Origin: a virus
Virus record (IMG/VR): IMGVR_UViG_3300035698_024280
DNA length: 64,000 bases
Reading direction: 5' to 3' (one strand)
Shown here: positions 48,681-57,166 of the stretch, in pieces
Layout of the letters: each line of letters starts with the position of its first letter
Numbering within the stretch: the first letter of the stretch is position 1
Position numbers and translations under genes: made by a program
The notes under the pieces: model-generated
The model's input: the letters and a program-made list of their open reading frames with translations, nothing else
Databases searched by the model: none
What the model was told of the DNA's origin: nothing

Positions 48681-49454
48681 ATGCAAAGTGAAATTGACAA
48701 AGATATCGACTCTCTTCTGGATCTGTTTAGGAATCCGCCGGTAAACCCTCCTGGTGGAGATGTAGAGAATTATAAGGCAATCTTAGAGTTTAAGATAAAA
48801 AAATTATTAAGACAGAAGTTTGAAGATATTAATAGCTCTCTAGAGACTGATTTTCAATCTCTTATGGTACAACTTCGTCGTGGTTCTCAGATTGAAATGA
48901 AAAATACAGATAATAAGATGTCTGCTCAAAAGATGGCAATGGATCGGTTAGAGAATGATCCTAATCATTATACTAAACAGCCAGATATTAATGTACGGGA
49001 AAATTTTAATAGTAAAAATGATGCATTTAATAATATTAGTACGATAGCCGCCCTGCTTGAGAGAGAGGAGCTGGGCCTAGTTGAGACTATTAAGATTGGT
49101 GGAATTGACTCAGCAATTGAGGCCTTAATAGACTCAGGCAACGGAGCACATAATGTACTCCATGGGGTAGATATCGAAGATTCTGGGAATCAGGTATCAT
49201 TTACTACTGTCGATGATATAAGAATGACAGTAGATAAAGTAGATAATATAACTATCCACGTCGGCGCAGGCAATGATGAGGAAAGACCTGTAGTAGAGTT
49301 TACAATTGAACTAGGTAGTAAGGTATATCCTTCTGTTTTATTTAGTATAGGAGATAGAACAGAAAATCAGCACCCAGTATTAATAGGTGCTGATTTTATA
49401 AGCCAGATCGATGCGCTAATCGATGTAAATAAAACTATGGTAACTACTATCTAA
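48681..49454 (+). CDS. Retropepsin-like (RimK-associated 'ATP-dependent Zn protease' family) protein with N-terminal extension
   Basis: ALID151SG, ERPVVEF.IELG, FSIGDR, PVLIG.DF. Confidence 0.8.
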   Translation: MQSEIDKDIDSLLDLFRNPPVNPPGGDVENYKAILEFKIKKLLRQKFEDINSSLETDFQSLMVQLRRGSQIEMKNTDNKMSAQKMAMDRLENDPNHYTKQPDINVRENFNSKNDAFNNISTIAALLEREELGLVETIKIGGIDSAIEALIDSGNGAHNVLHGVDIEDSGNQVSFTTVDDIRMTVDKVDNITIHVGAGNDEERPVVEFTIELGSKVYPSVLFSIGDRTENQHPVLIGADFISQIDALIDVNKTMVTTI

Positions 49455-50091
49455 TATCTTTTTTTGCAAATTCAATAAACTTATAAAATTCTACGCGACT
49501 CGTATCACCTTTATCTAAAAAGGTACCAGTCATTCTTGCAGTTCTCATAGTAGAGTTATGTTTAATTCCTCTATTCGAGCAGCAAGTATGATTCGCTTCG
49601 ATTACTACTGCAACACCTTGATTATCTACACATATCTCATCAATAAATTTAGATATTTGAGAGGTCAAGGATTCTTGAACTTGGGGGCGGCGAGCAAACC
49701 AATCAACTACTCGATTTAACTTACTAAGACCTATAACCTTACCGCCAGCTGACGGTATATACCCAACGTGAGCAACGCCACTAAAGGGCATCCAGTGATG
49801 TGAGCATATAGATTTAAGATCAATGTTTGTTTGAGCGACTATACCATCATAATTATCAGTATTATCGAAAGCTGTAATTTTCGGACCATCGTGGAAGCAA
49901 CCAGAGCATATATCATTAACAATTGCCTTTGCAAATCGCATCGGTGTATCTCTTGAGTTTGGGTCTTCTTCCCACTTAAATCCGAGACTTGACATAAACT
50001 CTCCAAAGTGACCGGAGGCTTCTTCTATTCGCTTTTGACGCTCTTTATCATCAAGAGGCATATTTTGATTGGCATATTTAATAAATTCCAT
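49447..50091 (-). CDS. folE: GTP cyclohydrolase I
   Basis: DTPMR.AK, SICSHH, GLSKL.RVV, RPQVQE, HTCCSNRG. Confidence 0.95.
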   Translation of the reverse strand: MEFIKYANQNMPLDDKERQKRIEEASGHFGEFMSSLGFKWEEDPNSRDTPMRFAKAIVNDICSGCFHDGPKITAFDNTDNYDGIVAQTNIDLKSICSHHWMPFSGVAHVGYIPSAGGKVIGLSKLNRVVDWFARRPQVQESLTSQISKFIDEICVDNQGVAVVIEANHTCCSNRGIKHNSTMRTARMTGTFLDKGDTSRVEFYKFIEFAKKDIR

Positions 50092-50168
50092 ATATATAAT
50101 GATAGTATATAAAGTAGAAATTTAAAGGTTTTTTTTTGTTTTTTTTTCAATATAGCATAAATATATTT

Positions 50169-51077
50169 GTGAAGCAGTTTAATAAAATATTAAATTCCTA
50201 TATTTCATCCCGTAAAGGTCTAATTAAGGTCAGGCTGAAGGTTGACCCTAGAAATAGAGAAGGGGTAGATTATAGGTCGTTTGATGGATATGAGGGATAT
50301 ATACTCAGAGAAGGTGAGAGTTATAATGTAATATTGTTAGAGACTGACCTTCCAGTTATGCGAGTCCCGTTCTCTATTGTCCAGATATCTAAGATAAGTG
50401 ACCCTGATAAATTTGATCAGGTAAAATATGCTGCGATAAAGCAGCTAAAGTCTGAAAATAAATTAAGCGATCGTAAAGCTTGTGTAATTAAAAATTGTAA
50501 GAATATTGATTTTTTTGAGCAATATCTACGAGCAGAGGGTATGACAGATTTTGATATTAAAAATATATATAAAAAATCTCTTTTTAATATTAGCCTCTCT
50601 GAGAAGGTAAATTGGAATAATATAAGGAAGGTCGCTAAGGTTGCAGGTAAGGCAATAATTGCCCCGTCAGCTGTTATAGATGATGCTCTCGCTTCAACAA
50701 CGTCCAAAAAAATAAAAGAAAGAGCAACAAATATATTTAAATCGCCTAATAATCAGACTGATGCATCGTCGAGCCGATCCTGGGGCCCTATTCATACTCA
50801 ACAATTTGAAAGCTCATTAGTATCAGGTGAGTGGCATATAAATGATATATCGAGTGTAGGTAATATTAAAATATTTGAGAGAAAGATAGAGAATGCGACT
50901 GAATTACTCTTTATAACCTACGATAATAATAATATTTCTAATATTACTACAAATATATCTGCGGATATTATATCTCAATATGATCTCACCCGTCTTAATA
51001 AGATATTAAATACCTTTTCCCCTACATTAATTAACACTATTAGTAACAGTAGCAAAAATATAGTATCTTTATTGTAA
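50169..51077 (+). CDS. Hypothetical protein (probable GTG start at 50169)
   Basis: TAAATA 50158-50163 then GTG at N5; N-term (M)KQFNK matches the 41193 protein. Confidence 0.6.
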   Translation: MKQFNKILNSYISSRKGLIKVRLKVDPRNREGVDYRSFDGYEGYILREGESYNVILLETDLPVMRVPFSIVQISKISDPDKFDQVKYAAIKQLKSENKLSDRKACVIKNCKNIDFFEQYLRAEGMTDFDIKNIYKKSLFNISLSEKVNWNNIRKVAKVAGKAIIAPSAVIDDALASTTSKKIKERATNIFKSPNNQTDASSSRSWGPIHTQQFESSLVSGEWHINDISSVGNIKIFERKIENATELLFITYDNNNISNITTNISADIISQYDLTRLNKILNTFSPTLINTISNSSKNIVSLL

Positions 51078-51124
51078 TATAAGTTGCCCATAAGGAAAAC
51101 GACATTATATTATATATATACATT

Positions 51125-51811
51125 ATGAGTTCATTTGAATCCACTAAGATCGTCGAATTAGGTTCTACAGCTTTCCGTCAATGGAAAGCGACTGATTCCC
51201 ATTGCCAATTTTTACACGGATACCAGCTTAAGGCTAAGTTATGGTTTAGTGCGAGTACACTAGATGAAAACAATTGGGTAGTAGATTTTGGAGGTTTGGA
51301 TTCAGTAAAGGAAGCATTAAAATCTTTATTTGACCATACTACATGTGTCGCTGCCGATGATCCAAACCTGGAGTTTTTTAGAGAGATGGCAGATAAAAAG
51401 ATTATAGTACTTAATGTTTTTAATGAGGGAGTTGGTATTGAAAAATTTGCTGAGTATGTATTTAATCTGGTAGATACTATTATTAAATCTGCTACTAACG
51501 ATAGGTGCCGGGTATCAAAGGTGGAAGTATTTGAACATGCTGAAAACTCAGCGATTTATAAACCTCAGAATTCACCATCAGAGGCTGCAGGCAGCGTATC
51601 AATTACTCAAGAAAAGTTAGTTGGTGTATTAGCTGAGTTAGCGGCTTCATTTCCGCAGAATTTAACATCACCTAAAGTAGATACTAAGTCGCCTCCTGAA
51701 GATTCTAAGAACCCTCAGGAAGCTATTGGTCATGCAATTGATGAGAGGTCTACTGCTGCTCCATTGTATTCAGATAGAACAAAGTCTCTTGCAGAGATAC
51801 TTAGTACTTAA
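51125..51811 (+). CDS. queD: QueD/6-pyruvoyl-tetrahydropterin synthase-like protein with C-terminal extension
   Basis: SHCQFLHGY, WVVDFG.L..K..L...FDH, E.FA, V.VFEH..NSA. Confidence 0.85.
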   Translation: MSSFESTKIVELGSTAFRQWKATDSHCQFLHGYQLKAKLWFSASTLDENNWVVDFGGLDSVKEALKSLFDHTTCVAADDPNLEFFREMADKKIIVLNVFNEGVGIEKFAEYVFNLVDTIIKSATNDRCRVSKVEVFEHAENSAIYKPQNSPSEAAGSVSITQEKLVGVLAELAASFPQNLTSPKVDTKSPPEDSKNPQEAIGHAIDERSTAAPLYSDRTKSLAEILST

Positions 51812-52542
51812 GTATTTTTAATACTCGTTAATACTTCGCATATATGTGCTAGTATCGGGTGTCTAACAATTTGCGAAGCATCGAATGTAAAGGAACCAAT
51901 TCCTACATCATTCGATGCTTCTGTGTTAAACGCATTAAATACATCTTTGAAGCCAGATCGATTACCTATATCACTCTGTGTACAGTCGCCTAACAGCACG
52001 TATGATGAGCCTTTGCCGAATCTAGTTAGCACTGTCTCCAGTTCTGACACGGTCATATTTTGACACTCATCAACAATAACTAAACTGTTTCTAAACGTGA
52101 GACCCCTTGAGAGATTAACAGGAATACATCGTACAATCTTGGCCCTCATTATATGTTTTGTCTCCCCTGGGTCGAGTAACTCCTCTACCTTATCATAAAA
52201 TGGTATTGACCAGGGTTGGAACTTATCTTCAACTGTACCGGGGAGATGGCCGAGTTTACTACTTGCTGACTCAACAACACTTCTTATATATACTATTTCT
52301 TCTACTATATTCTTTTTAATGCATAGAAGACCTGCTAATACTGCTATAAATGTCTTTGCACTACCTGCAGGGCCATTTACAATACTTACATATGTATCAT
52401 CGCTTAATATATGCTCTAAAAAATCCTTATGAGGCCCCTCAATTTTATATGGATTAGTTATAGTATACTTATTACTCCACTGACGCTCTAAACTACTTTC
52501 GATTTCATCAGCTGCTTTTGCATTGCGATATTTTTTTGGCAT
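51808..52542 (-). CDS. phoH: PhoH-family ATPase
   Basis: GPAGSAKT, RS.VE..LG.LPG, RGLTF, DECQN, GD..QSD, VRH. Confidence 0.92.
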   Translation of the reverse strand: MPKKYRNAKAADEIESSLERQWSNKYTITNPYKIEGPHKDFLEHILSDDTYVSIVNGPAGSAKTFIAVLAGLLCIKKNIVEEIVYIRSVVESASSKLGHLPGTVEDKFQPWSIPFYDKVEELLDPGETKHIMRAKIVRCIPVNLSRGLTFRNSLVIVDECQNMTVSELETVLTRFGKGSSYVLLGDCTQSDIGNRSGFKDVFNAFNTEASNDVGIGSFTFDASQIVRHPILAHICEVLTSIKNT

Positions 52543-52648
52543 ACATATATTTATTCAAATTTATACCAAAAAAATGCAATATATAAAAACAGATATAATT
52601 AGTTATACATATTGTTGCTAACTATCAAAAGTTAGATAAATACATTAT

Positions 52649-53353
52649 ATGAGAATAGCCATATCAGGGACCGGGTGTCAGGGGAAGAGTACCTTTCAAT
52701 TAGATTTTTTAGATAAGTGGCCGCAATATAAGGCCCCAAAAAAAACATATAGAGATGTTATAACGGAAAAAAACCTAGCTCATAGTACAAAGACTACAAA
52801 GATTACACAGAGATTCATACTAGACTTTATGGTAGAATCTATGAAGGGTTATACTGTAGATGATAATATAATCTATGATAGGTGCCCTTGGGATGCCTTG
52901 GTTTATTCAATGTGGGGATTATCTGACAGTACCTCTGATATAGATGAAGAGTTTATTGATGAAATAATCCCAATAGTCAGAGAATCTATGAGGGAGCTTG
53001 ACCTTATATTTTTTATACCTATTTCAAAAGTTTCTCCGATTTTAATCGTAGAGGATGAGATGAGAGAGACAGAGGCAGAATATATAAATAGTATAGACAA
53101 TATATTTAAAGACTTTTATAGGAGATATGCTCATCAGAGCTTTGAACCATTTTTTCCGCAAAATGATGTACCCGCTATTATAGAAATTTTTGGTTCTCGG
53201 ACTGAGAGATTGCACATAGCTAATTTATATATTGATGTGGATGGTGATTCTATACCTGGTGATATGGATAGTCTTATAAAGGGAATGGAGGACCTTGTAA
53301 GTGATCACAAGGCTGAGCTATTTAAAACTTCTGGGATTATTACAACCTCCTAA
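52649..53353 (+). CDS. P-loop nucleotide kinase-like protein (NadR/Ttd14 AAA_28-like)
   Basis: RIAISGTGCQGKST, IYDRCPWDALVY. Confidence 0.8.
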   Translation: MRIAISGTGCQGKSTFQLDFLDKWPQYKAPKKTYRDVITEKNLAHSTKTTKITQRFILDFMVESMKGYTVDDNIIYDRCPWDALVYSMWGLSDSTSDIDEEFIDEIIPIVRESMRELDLIFFIPISKVSPILIVEDEMRETEAEYINSIDNIFKDFYRRYAHQSFEPFFPQNDVPAIIEIFGSRTERLHIANLYIDVDGDSIPGDMDSLIKGMEDLVSDHKAELFKTSGIITTS

Positions 53354-54253
53354 TTATAGAGCTACAGGAACTCTTGTTGGTTCATCAGCCTCATAGTTGA
53401 CATCCCCTATATTAAAAATATCCTCTAAGTCTATTAACTCACAAGTTAACTGAACCGGCCAAGAGGTTCCATAATAGTGAGCAAAATCACCAACTGGTGG
53501 TTTTGGTATTGTTGATACATTTAAGGAACCATCACCGACCGAAATATTACCATCAGTTGAAACTCTTAGACCTACCGGAGAGGTTCTGCATATATTAAAA
53601 AAACCAAATATAGTAGATGTAATGGCAGTTTTTCCATATAGACCAGCTACTGGGACATGTTTTATATCACTGATAAGCATTGATCTAGATGGTGAATCAT
53701 ATTGATATAAATCGGTCATTATATTGCAGCCATATGCATCACCGACATATTGATTCGTTTGCTCATAATGCCGTTTCGGGTTTCTTACAGCAAATGTACT
53801 AACAGCTCTCACTCTATATGTACCTTTAGGTAACACTATTGCATTACTCAGTAATAGGCCACGTGCTTGCTTTTCCTCTTCTACTTCAACAGCATTAGCT
53901 GAAATATGATTTAAAGGCAGCGCAAAATTATTCTCTCTATTAATTACAAAATCTAAATTAGATTCAGGGTTAGTAGCATAATATGCTGCTACTGCACCCC
54001 TAAAAGGGAGACGTTGTATTATACTGCTTTGAATTAAGCTAAATCTCTTTCTTGTTAATGAAGCATTTTCTTTTGCAGCATCTACCTTTAAAGATAATTC
54101 AGTGCTATCATTTTTAAAAGTTAATTCTTTTAATGGTTTTTTATAAATACCATCTCCGGTTTCAATAGCTATATCGCCGGAAATATTTGTGCCCCCTGGT
54201 ATATATGTTTTAGGTGGTAATTCATTACCTGAAATGTTTATAAACTTACTCAT
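53354..54253 (-). CDS. Hypothetical virion-type protein, paralogue family member 1
   Basis: Shares an N-terminal motif and LPKGTY domain with the 54255 and 57167 proteins. Confidence 0.65.
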   Translation of the reverse strand: MSKFINISGNELPPKTYIPGGTNISGDIAIETGDGIYKKPLKELTFKNDSTELSLKVDAAKENASLTRKRFSLIQSSIIQRLPFRGAVAAYYATNPESNLDFVINRENNFALPLNHISANAVEVEEEKQARGLLLSNAIVLPKGTYRVRAVSTFAVRNPKRHYEQTNQYVGDAYGCNIMTDLYQYDSPSRSMLISDIKHVPVAGLYGKTAITSTIFGFFNICRTSPVGLRVSTDGNISVGDGSLNVSTIPKPPVGDFAHYYGTSWPVQLTCELIDLEDIFNIGDVNYEADEPTRVPVAL

Positions 54254-54254
54254 A

Positions 54255-55637
54255 TTATATTTTATTAACGGATGTAATTACCCCTGTATTATCTACCCTA
54301 AAGGTATAATCAAACTTATCACCTACAGTCTTTTCCGAATCGTTTCTAACATACCCCCACCATCCTGATGTAAGCATTTGCAGCTTAGAATCTCTAATAT
54401 CATAAGATTCGCTATTTATAGGAACTGCATCTAAGTCTAAATCTGGTAACTCTGATCTATATTTTGCAATATCACCAACATTCATAGTAGCTCCATCAGT
54501 ACTACTAGGGTCACTAAAATATACTCTCGCGCCCCCTATTATAGAATCAAAAGTTTCACTATAGAAAAATAATAAAAATTTTATTGTAGATTGATCACCA
54601 GTAGGAGCTGACGGTGTATCCCCTACAGCATTTAATTTTGTTACCCAACCCGATTTATACATTAAATTTATTGACGCTGGATATTTAAATGATTGAGATC
54701 TCCTTAATTTAACAGAATCTTCTGTAGGCAATAATACATTTTCATTAGATAGCTTTTCAAGAATTAAAACACTCTGATTTATCTGCGTGGTATTAAAAAG
54801 AGTACGACCAGGTACAGCAGCAGAGAGAGTGTTACCTATAGACGTTGTATTCGCTCCTGGCATAAATGACCCTATGGTGCTAACAGTAACCCCATATTCC
54901 TCTATTTCATCTACATATATAAAACCATTTAAATTTAAGGTGACAGTAGATCCAGATTCTGTATATGTACAAACTGAGTCACCATTTATCACAAATCGTT
55001 TAGGTGATGTTAAATTATATAGCGATAAAAATGCCCATATATTTTCTCTTGCATCTATATCTGCCTGTGTTGGTAAAAGCGGTATATCTATTTGAGGGAT
55101 CACATATGGTGAAATAGAGACGGTACATGTAATTTTATATGTACCTCTTGGTAGACATATAGTCCCCCTATTTATATAGTTTTTACATGGGGCACATTCA
55201 CTAGTATCCAAACTCGATATATCTACATCAATATTACTTACAAAGATATCGTTAAATTTAATTATATTAAGAGGCCCTATTATTGTATTATCTTGAAATT
55301 TAGTCTCCTCATTAAATTCTGGAGTTCCAGCTGTACCAGAACTAGTTGTTGTGATTGTAGTGACCTTTTGATCTACCGTCGTTAGTCTCGCTGAACTATC
55401 CGCAGCGGCTTTAAGTATCTCTAGATTATTCTCTGACGTTTGGGCAATATATATTGAATCATCATATGCCTTATATACTATAGGGTTAAATGTAGTTTGA
55501 TTCTCTCTGATATAAATATTATCAACTTTAAGTAGTTTTAGTCTGCCTGAATCCTCACTATCTAATATTAAAATATTATCTCTATCTGGTAAGATGCTAT
55601 CTATAGGCTGGAGTTCCGATATGGATGGTATACTCAT
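54255..55637 (-). CDS. Hypothetical virion-type protein, paralogue family member 2
   Basis: LPRGTYKITC; TAAATA-N6-ATG. Confidence 0.65.
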   Translation of the reverse strand: MSIPSISELQPIDSILPDRDNILILDSEDSGRLKLLKVDNIYIRENQTTFNPIVYKAYDDSIYIAQTSENNLEILKAAADSSARLTTVDQKVTTITTTSSGTAGTPEFNEETKFQDNTIIGPLNIIKFNDIFVSNIDVDISSLDTSECAPCKNYINRGTICLPRGTYKITCTVSISPYVIPQIDIPLLPTQADIDARENIWAFLSLYNLTSPKRFVINGDSVCTYTESGSTVTLNLNGFIYVDEIEEYGVTVSTIGSFMPGANTTSIGNTLSAAVPGRTLFNTTQINQSVLILEKLSNENVLLPTEDSVKLRRSQSFKYPASINLMYKSGWVTKLNAVGDTPSAPTGDQSTIKFLLFFYSETFDSIIGGARVYFSDPSSTDGATMNVGDIAKYRSELPDLDLDAVPINSESYDIRDSKLQMLTSGWWGYVRNDSEKTVGDKFDYTFRVDNTGVITSVNKI

Positions 55638-55646
55638 TTATTATAT

Positions 55647-56462
55647 TTAAGTTATATACTCATTATAGTTTTGACCGTATGCAGATAAATTATTAATATA
55701 ATCCTCAGGGTATAGTGAGCTAAACTCTGTAACAGTGTTATCTTGCAGTCTAAAGAAAGTATCAAAATCTATACCAGTCCCCCCAGCTAATAAATGTGGA
55801 GTACTTTTCTTTGTTATTAGACCATACCACCCATCGTTTAGGCATAATGCCTCTTCTTGTAGTATATCACCTTCATTATTATAATTTGATATATAACTAT
55901 TACTGTTAATCTCGCCAAACCCCCCCTCCCCTATAAATTTATTTTTATTAGTACTATTTAGTATAGATACAGGAGTACGATTTTGAATACTCATATTTTT
56001 TGCAAACAGTTTACTACCTAGATTAATACTACCTAACATATCGGGGGAATACGCTTGTATATCGCCCCCCCACAAATTCCAATTACCTACTGAAGATGAT
56101 ATAGGAATAAACTCTGTACTATTAGAATTAGACCTTATAGGTGTTTGCATTGTATATCGCCTAGCGGTAGCCGCAATATAATAAAATCTCTCCTGGATAG
56201 AAGTCTCAAATATACTGAGAGTTGAATTTAAATCTTCTTTTTTTAACGATATTGACTCAATTACATCTTCCGGCTTATTTACAAAGTCTAAATTAGATCC
56301 TTGTAAATTAGCACGAGCTTGAGGGGTAGTATCAAAATTAGTATTTTTAGGTAAATTTAGCCAAGACCAGCTATTTATATAAAATAAAAAACCTGTGAAC
56401 TTAAGAAAATCGACGGTTGTATCCACAGATCGATTGAGATTTATATAATTAACTTGTGCCAT
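55647..56462 (-). CDS. Hypothetical protein
   Basis: Long ORF in a late minus-strand operon; GWYG motif like 54255 GWWG. Confidence 0.65.
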   Translation of the reverse strand: MAQVNYINLNRSVDTTVDFLKFTGFLFYINSWSWLNLPKNTNFDTTPQARANLQGSNLDFVNKPEDVIESISLKKEDLNSTLSIFETSIQERFYYIAATARRYTMQTPIRSNSNSTEFIPISSSVGNWNLWGGDIQAYSPDMLGSINLGSKLFAKNMSIQNRTPVSILNSTNKNKFIGEGGFGEINSNSYISNYNNEGDILQEEALCLNDGWYGLITKKSTPHLLAGGTGIDFDTFFRLQDNTVTEFSSLYPEDYINNLSAYGQNYNEYIT

Positions 56463-56465
56463 ATA

Positions 56466-57161
56466 CTACCATTTATTTATTGGACAACTTTCAGTCTGAA
56501 CCATTAGTTTAAATTTAGTTGAGCACCCACATAATGTACATCTTCCAGTTCTACCTAAAGCTTCTGCATCCCACTTATCGCAATCCTTACATATAGCTAA
56601 TCGTTCTGCTACCATAGCTTCTGATGATACAGAGAATCCATTGTTCAACCAATCACTCATACTTTTTGTAAAATTGTGTGCCATATCCTTACCGGATGGG
56701 TAATTATCATTACTATTAGCTAGTAGTATCGATTTGACTTTTCTTGATGCCCCTTTGAGAGTTACCCTTATATTTTCATTTTTAGGCTTTCTTATAGTCT
56801 TATGTTTATAAAATATTAATTCATCATAAAAATTAAAGTAAGATGCCTTTTCAATTTCGAATTTTCTTGCGTATATTCTTAATTTCCACCTATACTTGTA
56901 TAATATATTTAAAAATTCACTAGAATCCTTAACTACTTCTTTATTAAAAATATCTATAACTCTACCATAGGCCGGTAACATAGTACCGTTATATATATTT
57001 CTACCTTTTGTAGCATATATAATATCTAAATCCTCACCCAGAGCTGGGAACTCGACCTTTAAATCTCTTATAAATTTTAATTTAAACCTAATGCCGTAAA
57101 TAGCGGCTGGTATAGCTATCGTAATAGGTATATTTGTACCTGGTATTTTTCTAACCTTCAT
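56466..57161 (-). CDS. Basic hypothetical protein with C-terminal Cys-rich domain
   Basis: RLAICKDC...RCTLCGCS.K.K.....CP..KW. Confidence 0.65.
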   Translation of the reverse strand: MKVRKIPGTNIPITIAIPAAIYGIRFKLKFIRDLKVEFPALGEDLDIIYATKGRNIYNGTMLPAYGRVIDIFNKEVVKDSSEFLNILYKYRWKLRIYARKFEIEKASYFNFYDELIFYKHKTIRKPKNENIRVTLKGASRKVKSILLANSNDNYPSGKDMAHNFTKSMSDWLNNGFSVSSEAMVAERLAICKDCDKWDAEALGRTGRCTLCGCSTKFKLMVQTESCPINKW

Positions 57162-57166
57162 ATTAT

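Noticed and set aside
50126-50148. Poly-T tract as terminator or phase-variation site
   Set aside because: No upstream GC stem; it lies in a divergent promoter region, upstream of the probable GTG start
52618-52636. CTAACT-N6-AGTTAG hairpin as an operator
   Set aside because: A short AT-rich inverted repeat is expected by chance, and I saw no second copy
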